NCBI GenBank assembly: GCA_951406725.2
Contig: OX597830.1
Coordinates: 50,220,001 to 50,284,000, forward strand
Source of the DNA: Octopus vulgaris
Taxonomy: Eukaryota
Length of the DNA stretch: 64,000 nt
Direction: 5' to 3'
The translations under genes and the position numbers were made by a program. Shown here piece by piece: positions 12,421 through 27,245 of the stretch (positions within the stretch are counted from its first letter, which is position 1; each line of letters starts with the position of its first letter). The notes under the pieces were generated by a model that was not told the origin of the DNA, searched no databases, and was given only the letters and a program-made list of their open reading frames with translations.

Positions 12421-13729
12421 CCTTGATATGCACAAGGATTGTAATTCAATAATTTTGGTACGACCCCCCCACACACACACACTAGAAGTATCTCTCTTCG
12501 TGAAAGGAAGACAAGTTTATCATAAAGTCTCTGAGCAATGTTTGGATGAGCAACGAAAAGATAAAAGGCACAGTTGACCTAAGTGGAATTTGAATCCAGG
12601 TCATAAAGTATCAGAAGAATTTTGTCCTAAATTATAGAAGATTTTAAAAGGCACAGTTGACCTCAGTAGAATTTAAACCCAAAACATAAAGAGTCAGAAG
12701 AATTTTGTCCAATGCTCTAAAATATTTTCACAATAACTTGAAGTGTAAACTGGCATTTAGAACAAATAAAAAGAAATTTAATTTGACTTAGATAATAAAT
12801 ATTTATTTTAATATCAAGTGCAAATCATCAAACATTGTCAAGAATGTAGGGAAACATCTGGGAGTCAGCAAGTTACAATGTCAGATGAAGGAATGGTAAA
12901 AGAAACAAACAGATAGACTAAAATAAAAACAAAGAAATGGTAACTTGATGAGTAAATCTTATATTGCATTGGCTGAGTCGAAGTCAGAAATTATGACAAA
13001 ATTTTGATTTTTTGAAATCCTGAAAATCTGGAGAGGAGAGGGAAAAGGTAAAGTCACACACACACACATACACACATCAAAAGTAAAAAAAAAAGAGGAA
13101 AATAAAACCAACCCCAGACCATATGCGATGTCTAAACTAAGAGAAAGCTGTAGTTAATCCTGGGATTTTCTGCAAAGATTTCGGAATCTTGGTCTTGTAA
13201 TTCCTTTCTGTTGCAAACATATCAAGAAGAAAAAAACACAGAAAAAGGAGAAAAAAAATAACACCAAAAAAAAAAAAAAAAAATTCAAAGGGATGTAGGG
13301 GTGACAGGGGTGGATTAGCAGAAGTGAATTTATAGAATCTTTTTTTTTTTTTATGCTCTTGTCTTGTACAGGTTTATCTGTGGTTTGTAGTCTAAGAGAA
13401 CGTACCAACATAAAAACGATGGAAAAGGAACTAGTTTGTCAGTTGAAATCCTTAACTTGAAATGTTCGATAAGATCTCAACTCAAAAATAAAGCGTCACC
13501 AAAATCTAAAACATGAAAACTGATTCTGACATTTCATAAGAAGACACTCTATTTTGGGTTATTGTTTTGTTTTTGTTTTGTTTTCTTTTAAGTGCATGAG
13601 TGTGTGCAAGCATGCATGCAAGTGCATAAGATAATGTTCATATATGAATATGTGGGTGTGATAGATAACTAGAGATACATTTGTGCTTCCATGCTTATTT
13701 TTTTATATATATATATATATACATATATG

Positions 13730-14142
<413 letters not shown>

Positions 14143-14837
14143 TCATGACCAGATATACAAGTGAGTGGTTCAGAAGTTTGTTTCTAAACCATGTGGTTCT
14201 TAGTTCAATCCTAATGTACAGCTTCCATCCCATCTCCATCACTCATTGTTAATATCCACCACACTCTTACTCAGTTCTATTACTCTCTCTCTCTCCCCCT
14301 AACTCTCCCTTCTCCTCCTCACTCTGCTCATGCTGTTTTTTTCTATTCAACTTACAGACCAACAACCCACATATAACTGCCCATCACTGTCTCTCTTCTA
14401 GTACTCCTTCCTCCACTCTCTTCCCTCTAGTTCCCTCACCATACTCTATCTCTATCCCACTCTCATCCTAATTCTCTTCCTTCTATTCACACTACCAATC
14501 ACGTTACCTTGAATAAGCAAAGACAATGCTTAGCAGAGGGGGCACTAAAGACTTGCTGGAGGCATGACCATGTCCCTGGGGCAGGCACCCTGATAACAAG
14601 TAACTAGCACATTTGAGACAGTGATTAATGTAGGATTTGAACTCAAAATTTAGATAAACAAAACTAAAGAATGTAATGTATATAGTTCTTGAGTGCCCTT
14701 CACTTAGTAAGCTTTTATATATATTCATACTAAGTCATTGTTGTTTGTTTTTCTTCAAAACTGGATCAATGCTGATTCTAGAGACTTCAAATGGTGATCG
14801 TTTTGTCCCTATATGTTGCTCTTTTTCTCTCTCTCTC

Positions 14838-15960
<1,123 letters not shown>

Positions 15961-16379
15961 TGTGTGTGTTGAAATATAGCATATTATAGACAAGGCTACA
16001 TGTATAATCCAATGTTTCTTTCTGTTCAGAAGATTGTTGGTCCTTTGTTCTCTTGCAAGGAAGAAGGCCCTACTCAAAGGAATATTTAACAGCCCAAGCT
16101 TCCCCATTCTCCCCCCACCCACCTGTTAAGAACCACCACCCACCACCCACCTGTTAAGAACCACCACCCACCACCAAGACCAATCTTTCAAAAGCCAATG
16201 GATCGGGTGCAGCCTCTACTCTTCTCAATAACATTTGGAAACACAAAGACTCCTGTGTTGCTCTTTCAACCATTCTTTAAAAGATGCTTTTTCAACAGTG
16301 AGATTTTTAACAAGATAGCATGAAAGTAAAACTAAAAATAGAAAAAACAGCAGAATGAAACAGGAAGCATAATATATAT

Positions 16380-17070
16380 GTCACCTGCGTCTGTTCTTTA
16401 AATATCACCTGTAGTTGTCAACTGTCTGTGTCATCATATCTCACCTGTGTCACCACAACTCGCTTGTTTACTTCACCACATCTCACCTGTCTGTGTCAAT
16501 ATATCAGACTGGATTGTGTCGTCATATCTCATCTCTCAATATCACTATACCTCACCCACTTGCGTCTCCATACCTCACCTATAATAGTCTCTGTATCTCA
16601 CTTGTCAGTGTCCCATATTTCACCTGTCTGTGTCACTACATCTTACCTGTCTGTGTCATCACATCTCACCTGTCTGAGTTACCACATCTCACCTGTCTGA
16701 GTTACCACATCTAACCTGTCTGTGTTGCCACATCTCACTTGTCTGTGTCACCACATCTCACCTGTCTGTGTCGCCACATCTCACCTGTCTGAGTTACCAC
16801 ATCTCACCTGTCTGTGTTGCCACATCTCACTTGTCTGTGTCACCACATCTCACCTGTCTGTGTTGCCACATCTCACCTGTCTGCAGCACCACGTGACACT
16901 TCTCTGTGTCACCACACCTCACCTGTCTGTGTCACCACATTTCACCTATGTCACCACATCTTACCTGTCAGTATCACCATATTATACCTGTCTGTGTGAT
17001 ATGGTGATACTGACAGGTGAAATGTCATATCACATCTATCAGTGTCATTATACCTCACCTGTCTGTGTTA
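16380..17070. repeat. ~22-24-bp minisatellite (ACCACATCTCACCTGTCTGTGT), rich in CACCTG E-boxes
   Basis: More than 20 tandem degenerate units. Confidence 0.9.
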
Positions 17071-17529
17071 CCTATATCTATTAGTGTGTGTCAGCTCTTG
17101 AATCATTCAGCTTAAATAGATGACACAGTATATGAGGTTGCGTTAAGCAGTAATTACAATAATTGCTTTCTTTAAACACCTATATCTTTTACAAATTCAC
17201 AACCAAGCCTAATAGGAATTTTATTGTGGTCACCAAATCTGCTAGAAATGGCAGTTAAATTTCAAATTATCAGCTTTATACACACACACACATATGCATG
17301 CACATGTGTGTGTGTGTGTGTGTGTGTGTGCGTGCGTGCGTGCATTAATATAGCCATAAATACATTAAGTTTGATTGAAAGAGAGGATGAAACATTTCTG
17401 ATCTTTGGTCAGCAGGGTCCAGATTAAGCTGGTGCTAAACAATAGCAACATTAAAGGACATGTTGGGTAATGTACTCCTAGGTATGCTATGCCTGAATAT
17501 AAGACAGAATGGTGTTTTATTTCACAGTC

Positions 17530-17773
17530 TAGTGGTTCCCAACCGTTTTTTACCTAAGGACCCCTTTGACTTCCATTTTACTCAGACGGTCCCTCCAAGC
17601 CATTTGTTGTTTGAAATATCCTATTGTATTTTTATAATTAAATATTAAAAAATTGTTAATAAAAATATTTTATGTATTGTTGAAATATAAGCAATTTATT
17701 GCACATAAGTTTTAACAATAAAATCTTATATCGGATCCCCAAGGGCCATATTGACCCCAGTTGAAAGCCATTG
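17530..17773. mobile_element. Non-autonomous hAT-like MITE
   Basis: Ends TAGTGGTTCCCAAC … GTTGAAAGCCATTG resemble Charlie-type TIRs (CAGTGGTTCCCAAC). A related copy lies at 30707-31621. TSD not recognisable. Confidence 0.6.
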
Positions 17774-17982
17774 TTATAGATGCGGCTGGGTCCTAATTAG
17801 CCTTGAACTAAAACAATAATGACATACTAACCAGTCTAGTACACAGGACCTCTGATATTGTAACATGATACATCAATGTTGTATGTTAATTAACGAATGG
17901 TATGGCAGGGGGAGGAAATGGTCAGAAACTTCAACAAATGCAGCAGAAACTATATACAGAAATGACAACAGCAGCTACATCA

Positions 17983-18180
17983 GTGGAGGCGCAATGGCCC
18001 AATGGTTGGGGCAGCAGATTCGCGGTCATAAGAATGTGATTTCGATTCCTGGTCTGGGCATTGTGAGTGTTTATTGAGCAAAAACACCTAAGCTCCACGA
18101 GGCTCTGACGGGGAGGCGTGGTGAACCCTGCTGTACACTTTCACCACAACTTTCTCTCACTCTTTCTTCCTACTTCTGCC
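17983..18180 (+). mobile_element. tRNA-derived SINE family D (5' part); a second head at 18482-18580
   Basis: GGAGGCGCAATGGCCCAATGGTTGGGGCAGC…TTTCGATTCC. Confidence 0.8.
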
Positions 18181-18630
18181 ACAGAGCAGAGGAACCATGG
18201 TGTAACCCACTTATAGTGTGGTAAATCTTTCAGACCCTAGTCTAGATTGTGAATCCTCTGTACCCCAGGATGGTTCAGCTCTCCACCTGTTAAAAGCCGC
18301 TGCTTATGGAATGAGGATAACAATGTAGCTTTCGTGCCTGTGCAACCGCCAGTCTATCGCGTGTGGTGGGTGGATCTTCAAGTTGCCACATGCATTCTTA
18401 GTAGCTTAGAGTAGGCTCGAAGTAGAGATTATTCTTTGTGGCTAAATGCGTGAGTCCTGATTCGAAGAAGAAGAAGTGGAGTGGAGGTGCAATAGCCCAG
18501 TGGTTAGGGTAGCGGACTCACTGTCGTAAGAATGCGGTTTCGATTCCCCAGATCAGGCATTGTGAGTGTTTATTGAGCAATGGAATTAATGTACAACACA
18601 TTCACAACACAGACATACGGACATGTATAA

Positions 18631-18683
18631 AGAAGAAGAAGAAGAAGAAGAAGAAGAAGAAGAAGAAGAAGAAGAAGAAGAAG

Positions 18684-18718
<35 letters not shown>

Positions 18719-18720
18719 AC
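18631..18720. repeat. Compound (GAA)n(GCA)n triplet microsatellite
   Basis: Directly visible. Confidence 0.95.
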
Positions 18721-19032
18721 TGGAACTCCATCAGTTATGATGATAAGGTTCCAGCTGATCTGATCAATGGGACAGCTTGCTCATGAAATTAATGTAAAAC
18801 ACATTCACAACACAGACATGTATAAACTTAATGAAGTTCCCAGGTAGATTCAGTGTGACAAGATCTGCCTACTAATTTTTGCCAGCTGAGTGGACTGGAG
18901 CAATGTGAAATAAAGTGTCTTGCTCAAGAAAACAACACATCACTGGGAATTGAACTCAGGATTGTCTACTGAATGCCCTCCCCACTAAGCCACATGCATT
19001 CACAATAACAACAAAAATAGAAGTAACAAGAT

Positions 19033-19555
19033 ATGGCGAGCTGGCAGAAACATTAGCATGCCAGGCGAAATGCTTAGTGGTATTTCGTCTGTCGTTACAT
19101 TCTGAGTTCAAATTCTGCCAAAGTTGACTTTGCCTTTCATCCTTAAATAAGTACCAGTTACGCACTGGGGTCGTTATAATCAACTTAATCCGTTTGTCTG
19201 TCCTTGTTTGTCCCTTCTGTGTTTAGCCCCTTGTGGGCAGTAAAGAAATAAGAAACGTTAGTATGCTGGGCAAAATGCTTAGTGGTATTTTGTCTGTCTT
19301 TACATTCTGAGTTCAAATGCTGCCAAGGTTGACTTTGCCTTTCATCCTTTCGGGGTTGATAAAAGAAGTACCAGCTGAGTGCTGGGGTTGATATAATCAA
19401 TTTATCCCTTAATCTGAAGTTATTGGCCTTGTGTCAAAATTTAAAATCAATAAAAGAAGTCGATAAATTAAATACCAGTTGCATACTGGGGTTGATCTAA
19501 TTGACTGGACCCCTTCCCAAAACTTTTGGGCCTTATGCCTAGAGTAGAAAAGAAT
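19033..19555 (+). mobile_element. Family B SINE-like element, tandem copies
   Basis: GGCGAGCTGGCAGAAACATTAGCATGCCAGGCGAAATGCTTAG head, which resumes internally after AAAGAAATA at ~19250. Confidence 0.85.
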
Positions 19556-19829
19556 TCTTTCTACTACAAGCACAAGTCTTGAAGCTTTGTGTGAGAGGGA
19601 ATATCAATTACATCAACCCACCCGTACTCAAATGGTACTTGTTTCAACACCCCTGTAAAGACGAAGGACAAGCTTGGTGGAATCTGAACTCAGAACATAA
19701 AAACAGACAAAATGCCACTTAGCATTTTGTCTAGAATGCTAACAATTCTGCCGGCTTGCTGCCATAACAATACCAGCAATAATGATGATGACGATGATGA
19801 TGATGATGACGACGACGACGACGATGACA

Positions 19830-19860
<31 letters not shown>

Positions 19861-20165
19861 CAATGATAATGATGATGATGACGATGATGCTGATGATGAT
19901 GATGATGACAGTGATAATAATTCTTTCTGCTACAGGTGCAAAGTCTGAAATTTGGGGATTGGGTGGGGGGGTGGAGGCTACTCAATTACATTGTCTCCAT
20001 CCCCACCCCTTCCCCAGTGCTCAACAGGTACTTACTTTATTGACTGCCCCCCCACCCCCCACCCCCCAAAGCATGAAAGATGAAGTCAACCGCTGCAGAA
20101 TTTGAACTGCAGAAGTTACAAAGCATCGTGTCTGAGATGCTAACGATCCTGCCAACCTGTCGTCT
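19556..20165 (-). mobile_element. Two diverged family B copies separated by a (GAT/GAC)n tract
   Basis: GAATTTGAACTCAGAAC-like motifs (reverse complement of the B body); triplet tract at 19778-19920. Confidence 0.7.
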
Positions 20166-20449
20166 GCAATTAGAGTTGGATATTCGATTGTCTAACATAA
20201 AATTCTAGACTGAGATTTATTATGGCCCTTCACACTCACCTGTCACACACTGAGTGATACTCTGAACACATCACACCTATACTGGCAACACACACACACC
20301 CACCCTCTGGTTTTCTCTCTCCTCTCTCTCTCTCTCACACACACACAAGAAAACAAATATGTATGACTGCAGATCTGCTTCGTAAGACACATGCAAATGT
20401 TGAACATGTCGTCAGATACACTCTATGTTTGTTGGTAACAGGTAGAAAA

Positions 20450-20464
20450 CACACATACACATAT

Positions 20465-20523
<59 letters not shown>

Positions 20524-20538
20524 TAGATAGATAAATAG

Positions 20539-20585
<47 letters not shown>

Positions 20586-20720
20586 TAGATAGATAAATAG
20601 ATATGTATATATATATATATATATATAGATAGATAAATAGATATGTATATATATATATATATATATATAGATAGATAGATAAATAGATATGTATATATAT
20701 ATATATAGATAGATAAATAG

Positions 20721-20755
<35 letters not shown>

Positions 20756-20882
20756 TAGATAGATAAATAGATATGTATATATATATATATATATATACAT
20801 ACATATATAGATAGATAAATAGATATGTATATATATATATATATATATATAGATAAATAGATATGTATATATATATATATGC

Positions 20883-20923
<41 letters not shown>

Positions 20924-20937
20924 TGTATATATATATG

Positions 20938-20968
<31 letters not shown>

Positions 20969-21071
20969 GATAGATAAATAGATATGTATATATATATATA
21001 TATGCATATGATAGATAAATAGATATGTATATATATATATATATATGCATATGTATATATATATATATATA

Positions 21072-21157
<86 letters not shown>

Positions 21158-21173
21158 TATACACATATATATA

Positions 21174-21255
<82 letters not shown>
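20450..21255. repeat. (TA)n microsatellite punctuated by AGATAGATAAATAGATATG units
   Basis: Directly visible compound array. Confidence 0.95.
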
Positions 21256-21256
<1 letters not shown>

Positions 21257-21854
21257 ATTGATATGTATGTATAAAGCGATGTTTGAAAGCAGCGAAGCAG
21301 TAAATGAGAAGCTGTCATCAGAGAGCTGCTACCGTTGCCGCCACAAGACGCAGATAGCCGATGACATTATCAATAGAAGCTGGTCTCAGAACTGGCATCA
21401 TTCCAACCGACTGCCAGAATATGGCAAGTTTGAAAAAGTAGAAGCAATTTGGAACTATAAGAAAAAAAAAAAAAAAAAAGAAAAGGTGACGATGTAGTTA
21501 ACGAGAAAGACAAAGGAGGAGAATGTCTGCAGAGAGATAGATGAAGCAGTCAAAGACTTAATTGCAGGAATCTATTATTGCCGAGATTGTGCTTGTTGTT
21601 GTTATTGTTGTTCATCTGTTAAATCGTCAACCATTTATATACACAGAGCTTCCCAACAAACTGACATCTTGGTATTCCAAATGATGTTCTTTTATTAGGA
21701 ATATAGACAGGAATATTGGTCTTATTGCTTCAGAATAATTACAGAAAATGACTCGTTAAATTACTTTCATCTATTCTTCTTCCTACACACCACCACCACC
21801 AGCACTACCAGAACTCTGGTCTCTATTTTCACACCTCTTCACTTAAACTTCTTC

Positions 21855-22335
21855 ATTCTCATTACCATTCACTCTCACTCCACTGCTGTTACCCTAATTC
21901 ACTCACACTCCACTTCCATCGTCCTCATTCACTCACTCTTCACTGCTGTTATCCTCATTCACTCACACTCCACTGCCATCACTCTCATTCACTCACACTT
22001 TATTGCTATTGCACCCATTCACTCACACTCTTGTCACTCTCGTTCACTCACACTCCACTGGCATCACTCTCATTCACTCACACTCCACTGGTAGCACACT
22101 CAATTATTCACACTCCACTGGTAGCACGCCCCATTCACTCACACTCCTCAGCTGTCACACTCTATTATTCACACTCCACTGCCATCACCCTCATTCACTC
22201 ACACTCCACTGGCATCACACCCATTCACTCACACTCCACTACCTTCACCATCATTTGCTCACACTCTAATGCCATCATCTTTCCCCTAATTGACTCACAT
22301 TCCTCAGCCTTCACTCCCATTCACTCCACCACCAC
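21855..22335. repeat. ~27-30-bp minisatellite (CTCATTCACTCACACTCCACTGCCATCAC)
   Basis: About 15 degenerate tandem units. Confidence 0.9.
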
Positions 22336-22846
22336 CACTCAGTACCTTATTCACATGTGAGTGTTTACATTGATAAATGTCTGAGAAGGTGTAGACACTG
22401 GTTCCTGGAACACACACACCATTCTTCTTTTCGGAGTGCCAAGGGTTAATAAAAGTTACAAAGATTAGGAAGAAGGAAGAAGAGTGGGGAGAGGAAGAGG
22501 AGGAGAGAGAGAGGGAGGAAGAGAGAGAGAGAGAGGGAAAGGAAGATAATAATATGTGGGGAATGAATTACTGTAAAGAGAAACGTCAAAGAGTCCATAT
22601 GGAAGACTGTGAAATAATGGAGGACAACAAAGAGTGAAAGAGAGAGAAAAGAAGTAAGAAACGAAGGGAGGAGGAAAGAGAGAAAGAGAAGCAAGGAAAA
22701 ATCAAAGACAGAAAAAAAAAAAAAAGAATCAACTGAAATCAGTGAAGCAAACAAGAGATAATTAAAATCGAAGAATTATGGTTAAAAACAAACAACACTG
22801 ATTTATGAAAACCCACATCATCTTCCTATATATATATATATATATA

Positions 22847-23255
22847 GGCGCAGGAGTGGCTGTGTGGTAAGTAGCTTGCTAACCAACCACCTGGTTCCGG
22901 GTTCAGTCCCACTGCGTGCCACCTTGGGCAAGTGTCTTCTGCTATAGCCCCGGGCCGACCAATGCCTTGTGAGTGAATTTGGTAGACGGAAACTGAAAGA
23001 AGCCTGTCGTATATATATGTATATATATATGTATGTGTGTGTGTGTTTGTGTGTCTGTCTTTGACCCCTAGCATTGCTTGATAACCGATGCTGGTGTATT
23101 TACGTCCCCGTCACTTAGCGGTTTGGCAAAAAGAGACCGATAGAATAAGTACTGGGCTTACAAAAAATAAGTCCCGGGGTCGATTTGCTCGACTAAAGGC
23201 GGTGCTTCAGCATGGCCACAGTCAAATGACTGAAACAAATAAAAGAGTAAAGAGT
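22847..23255 (+). mobile_element. tRNA-derived SINE family A, full length (reference copy)
   Basis: A-box TGGCTGTGTGG (22857), B-box GGTTCAGTCCC (22900), internal (TA)(TG)n, tail …GGCGGTGCTTCAGCATGGCCACAGTCAAATGACTGAAACAAATAAAAGAG. More than 12 homologs in the window. Confidence 0.95.
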
Positions 23256-23331
23256 ATATATATATATATATACCTTTATATTTCACCTCCATCATATACA
23301 TATACATACATATATATATATATATATATAA

Positions 23332-23725
23332 GGTGCAGGCATGGCTGTGTGATAAGAGGCTTCCTTCCCAACCACATGGCTCTGGGTTCAGTTCCACAGT
23401 GTGACACCTCGGGCAAGTGTCTTCTACTATAGCCTTGGGCCTCCGAAGACTTGTGAGTGGATTTGATAGAAAGAAAGAAGCCCATCATATACATGTGTCT
23501 ATATCAATGTGTGTGTGAGTCTTTGTGTGTGAGGTTGTTCCCCAGTCACCACTTGGCAACCAGCGTTGGTGTGTTTGCATCCCCGTAACCTAGCAGTTCA
23601 GCATAAGTGACTGATGGAATAAGTACCAGGATTAATAAAGAAGTACTGGAGTTGATTCATTTGACTAAAAAAAAAAAGTATTCAAAGCAGTGCTCCAGCA
23701 TGACAGCAGTCTAATGACCAAAAGA
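23332..23725 (+). mobile_element. SINE family A, diverged full-length copy
   Basis: Colinear with 22847-23255. Confidence 0.85.
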
Positions 23726-23916
23726 TATAGACGCATAAATTATAATGGTTATTGACAATTTTGTCTTTTTTTCAGCATATTTGGCATTAGAATTTTTCTC
23801 TCGCCCTTATTTTATAAGTTATTTATGAATTTAACCTTTAAAGGTATTTTTTGATATGCTGGCCATTGATAAAATTTTTTCTTTCAAAAAAAATCTTATC
23901 CTACATTAGTTACATT

Positions 23917-23965
<49 letters not shown>

Positions 23966-24143
23966 AAACTAAAAAATTCTTATAGTCAGTCAGTTACAAC
24001 CAGAGTTTTGGTCAGTTAGCAACTGAACTTCACAACTTCATATGTTCCTAAAATTTATATCTACAACTTTATCTGTGTATTTACCTTCCCTAAAATGTTA
24101 CTACTTGATTTGAAAGCTTTTATATTATTGGAAAACCTATATA

Positions 24144-24233
24144 AATTAGCTGAAGAGTACTCAGCATCTTAAATCTGCTGTAATATTTACAGCTTTTAAT
24201 AAAATGTTGTAGTACGAAACAATTGTACCAAAT
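24144..24233 (+). ncRNA. Type I hammerhead ribozyme-like motif with extended stem II
   Basis: CTGAAGA (24150-24156); stem II GTACT/AGTAC continued by CAGCAT/ATGTTG and GCTGTAA/TTACAGC; GAAAC-AATT-GTA with palindromic ACAATTGT. Stem I is only 4/6 paired. Confidence 0.6.
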
Positions 24234-24355
24234 CACCGGAGTCATTCTTGTTGCTTATTTTTTATTATAATCACCTTGCAAATTTTTATGGGTAACACCA
24301 TACAAAATTCTGGTGCATCTAAATTAAGTACCATATTCATTTGAATCTAAATTGT

Positions 24356-24392
<37 letters not shown>

Positions 24393-25109
24393 ATATATTC
24401 CTTATTTTTTTCCTTTACTTGTTTCAGCAAATGAGATTGTATGACTTGCTAGAAACAGCAGCCCAATCTCCCTCAAATTCTACCTACCACCTTACAGAGA
24501 GTCACATCGGATAATGTGTACTTGTATTCCTTACACATAGGAAAATGTTGAGATAGTCATGCTTCTAATGTACAGCTTCGATGGTTGTTCAACCTGTTAG
24601 AAATAACAGCCAAATCTCTCTCAATCATATCATCTTATAAAGGTTAGCAGACATTCATTCATGCAGGCCTTTTAGCACTGTTAGACAGAATGGTCATGGT
24701 TGGAATATTTTGTATCAAAGTCTGTTTGATCAGGACCGACCTAATATGGCAACAGCATCAATTAATCCCTAACAGGTGTTCTTTTAGTTACACTAAAGGC
24801 TCAGAGGGTAAAACACCATTCCGGTAGGGGTGGGAAGGGCTTAGGTAGAGAAAGTTCTTATTTTGGTTTTCCGCCTCTGCAAGGATATGAAATGTTCAAT
24901 GCTGAAATTCTACAAACTGAGAAATGCTATCTCAGAGTATCGATAGCCTGTGTTTACTATCCCCGTCTCCATGTCACCACTATTTCACATCAAAGAGTAC
25001 CAACACCTTCTGTTTGCTATCCCAGGTTCCTTGCTAGCATTACTCCACAACTATTAACTCACTCCCTCACACTTCTACACCACACTAGAAAGTATGAAAT
25101 ATTTACAGC

Positions 25110-25545
25110 CTACCCCTCACCTCTCCTCCCTATCAGAGAGTACCGACTCTATTTACTCCCTATCATAGAGTACCAACTCTATTCACTCCCTACCTCTCAC
25201 CTCTCTACCCTATGACAGAGTACCGACTCTGTTTACTCCCTACCTCTCACCTTTACTCCCTATCACAGAGTACCGACTCTATTTACTCCCTACCTCTCAC
25301 CTCTACCCCTTATCACAGAGTACCTCCCTATCACAGAGTACCAACTCTATTTACTCCCTACCTCTCAGCTCTACTCCTTATCACAGAGTACCTCCCTATC
25401 ACAGAGTACCAACTCTATTTACTCCCTACCTCTCACCTCTACTTCCTAACACAGAGTACAAACTCTATTCACTCCCTTGCTCACACCTCAGCTCCTTATC
25501 AGAGAGTACCAACTCAACTAACTCCCTCCCCCTCCCCACTACTCC
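25110..25545. repeat. Minisatellite built from CCCTATCACAGAGTACC and ACTCTATTTACTCCCTACCTCTCAC modules
   Basis: About 8 tandem modular units. Confidence 0.9.
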
Positions 25546-26629
25546 ACATCACAAAGCTATCAAAAAGCATTTAAATATTTCTCCGCACCATTCCACACGA
25601 ATTCCTGCAGACACCAACATAGTTTTTTTTTTTTCATTTATTTGATACTTTAATTAGAAATATTTCATGGTTTATCAAAGAAAGTTACATTTAATCAACT
25701 GATGCTACATGTTAGTACATGTACGTACGTATGTATGTACGTACGTACGTACGTATGAACGTGTTTGTGTGTATGCATAAGTATGCGTGTATGTATTCAT
25801 CTCTATCTCTCGCTTTCTATGTGTATTAGTGTGTATGTATGTATGTATCATTGCATGCTTATATGTGTGTATAAGGATGAATATGTGAAAATGTGTGTGT
25901 GTATATATATATATATATATGCCTGTGCATGTATACATTTTATCAGTCTATATATATATGTTTGTATGTATATGTATATATACACACACACCATACATAC
26001 ATACATATACATACATATAAATATATGTATATGTATGTATGTGTGTGTATGTGTGTGTGTGTGTGCATGTGTATGTGTACTTGTTATATATCTGCATATG
26101 GGTGAATATGTGTATGAGTGTAGGCATGTGCTTGTGTTAGTATGCATGCCTGCATGTGTATTGTACAGCATATGTGTACATACATATATATATGTGTGTG
26201 TGTATGACTATGTTAGCATTTCTATCTGTGTGTGTGTGTGTGTCAGAGACAGACGCATACTCACAGACACACACACACACACAAATAGTCATTGCTACTT
26301 ATCAATATCAACAGGATGAATAATTCTACTCCCACCTCCATTGCTTTAACCCTTCCCCCCCATCACCATCACGGCTACATAATGACAGATTAATTACAAA
26401 ACACACCACACTCCTTACACACCCTCTGCTCTCCCCACACAAACACTACCCATTCCCCCCACACACCTTCCATGCCATACCACACACACCAGATGTCAGG
26501 TCAGTCACATATTTTTTTTTTCGTTTGCATCACATTATCGACTTTATTATTCTCTTTTACTCTTTTACTTGTTTCAGTCATTTGACTGTGGCCATGCTGG
26601 AGCACCACCTATTATAATCATTATTCATT

Positions 26630-27245
26630 AAGGCATCGAGCTGGCAGAGTCGTTAGTTTGCAGGACCAGAAGCTTAGTGGTATTTCACTCTTTGCTACGT
26701 TTCTGAGTTCAAATTCCACCAAGGTCGACTTTGCCTTTCATCCCTTCGGGGTCGATTAAATAAGTACCAGTTACGCACTGGGGTCGACATAATCGACTTA
26801 ATCCATTTGTCTGTCCTTGTTTGTCCCCTCTGTGTTTAGCCCCTTGTGGGTAGTAAAGAAATAGGTATTTCACTCTTTGCTACGTTCTGAGTTCAAATTC
26901 CACCATGGTCGACTTTGCCTTTCATCCCTTCGGAGTTGATTAAATAAGTACCAGTTACGCACTGGGGTCGACATAATCGACTTAAACCATTTGTCTGTCC
27001 TTGTTTGTCCCCTCTGTGTTTAGCCCCTTGTGGGTAGTAAAGAAATAGGTATTTCGTCTGCTGCTACGTTCTGAGTTCAAATTCTGCCAAGTTCGACTTT
27101 GCCTTTCATCCTTTCAGGGTCAATAAAAGAAGTACCAGCTGAGTGCCGAGGTCAATATAATCTATTTATCCCTTATCCGAAGTTATTGGCCTTGTGTCAA
27201 AATTTGAAATCTGTAAAAGAAGTACCAGTTGGGCACTGAGGTTGA
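26630..27245 (+). mobile_element. Family B SINE-like element, triple tandem (~185-bp period)
   Basis: GGTATTTC anchors at ~26679, 26864 and 27048; the first two units are nearly identical. Confidence 0.9.

Noticed and set aside
14508-14589. Possible minus-strand exon, and CTCF-like AGGGGGCACTA at ~14537
   Set aside because: Weak acceptor, 82-nt length and no homology. The CTCF match lacks the CCA half of the motif.
20359-20421. Hammerhead-like minus-strand match (GTGTAT-CTGACGA…GAAGC…GTC-ATACAT)
   Set aside because: GAAA is GAAG, stem II is not closed next to the core and stem III is incomplete; probably chance.
22847-22915. tRNA genes at SINE heads
   Set aside because: A/B boxes are present but there is no complete cloverleaf, and each continues into a SINE body.
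26630-27245. CRISPR-like repeat-spacer array (also the minisatellites)
   Set aside because: Units repeat along their whole length with no unique spacers or cas genes, in a eukaryotic context.
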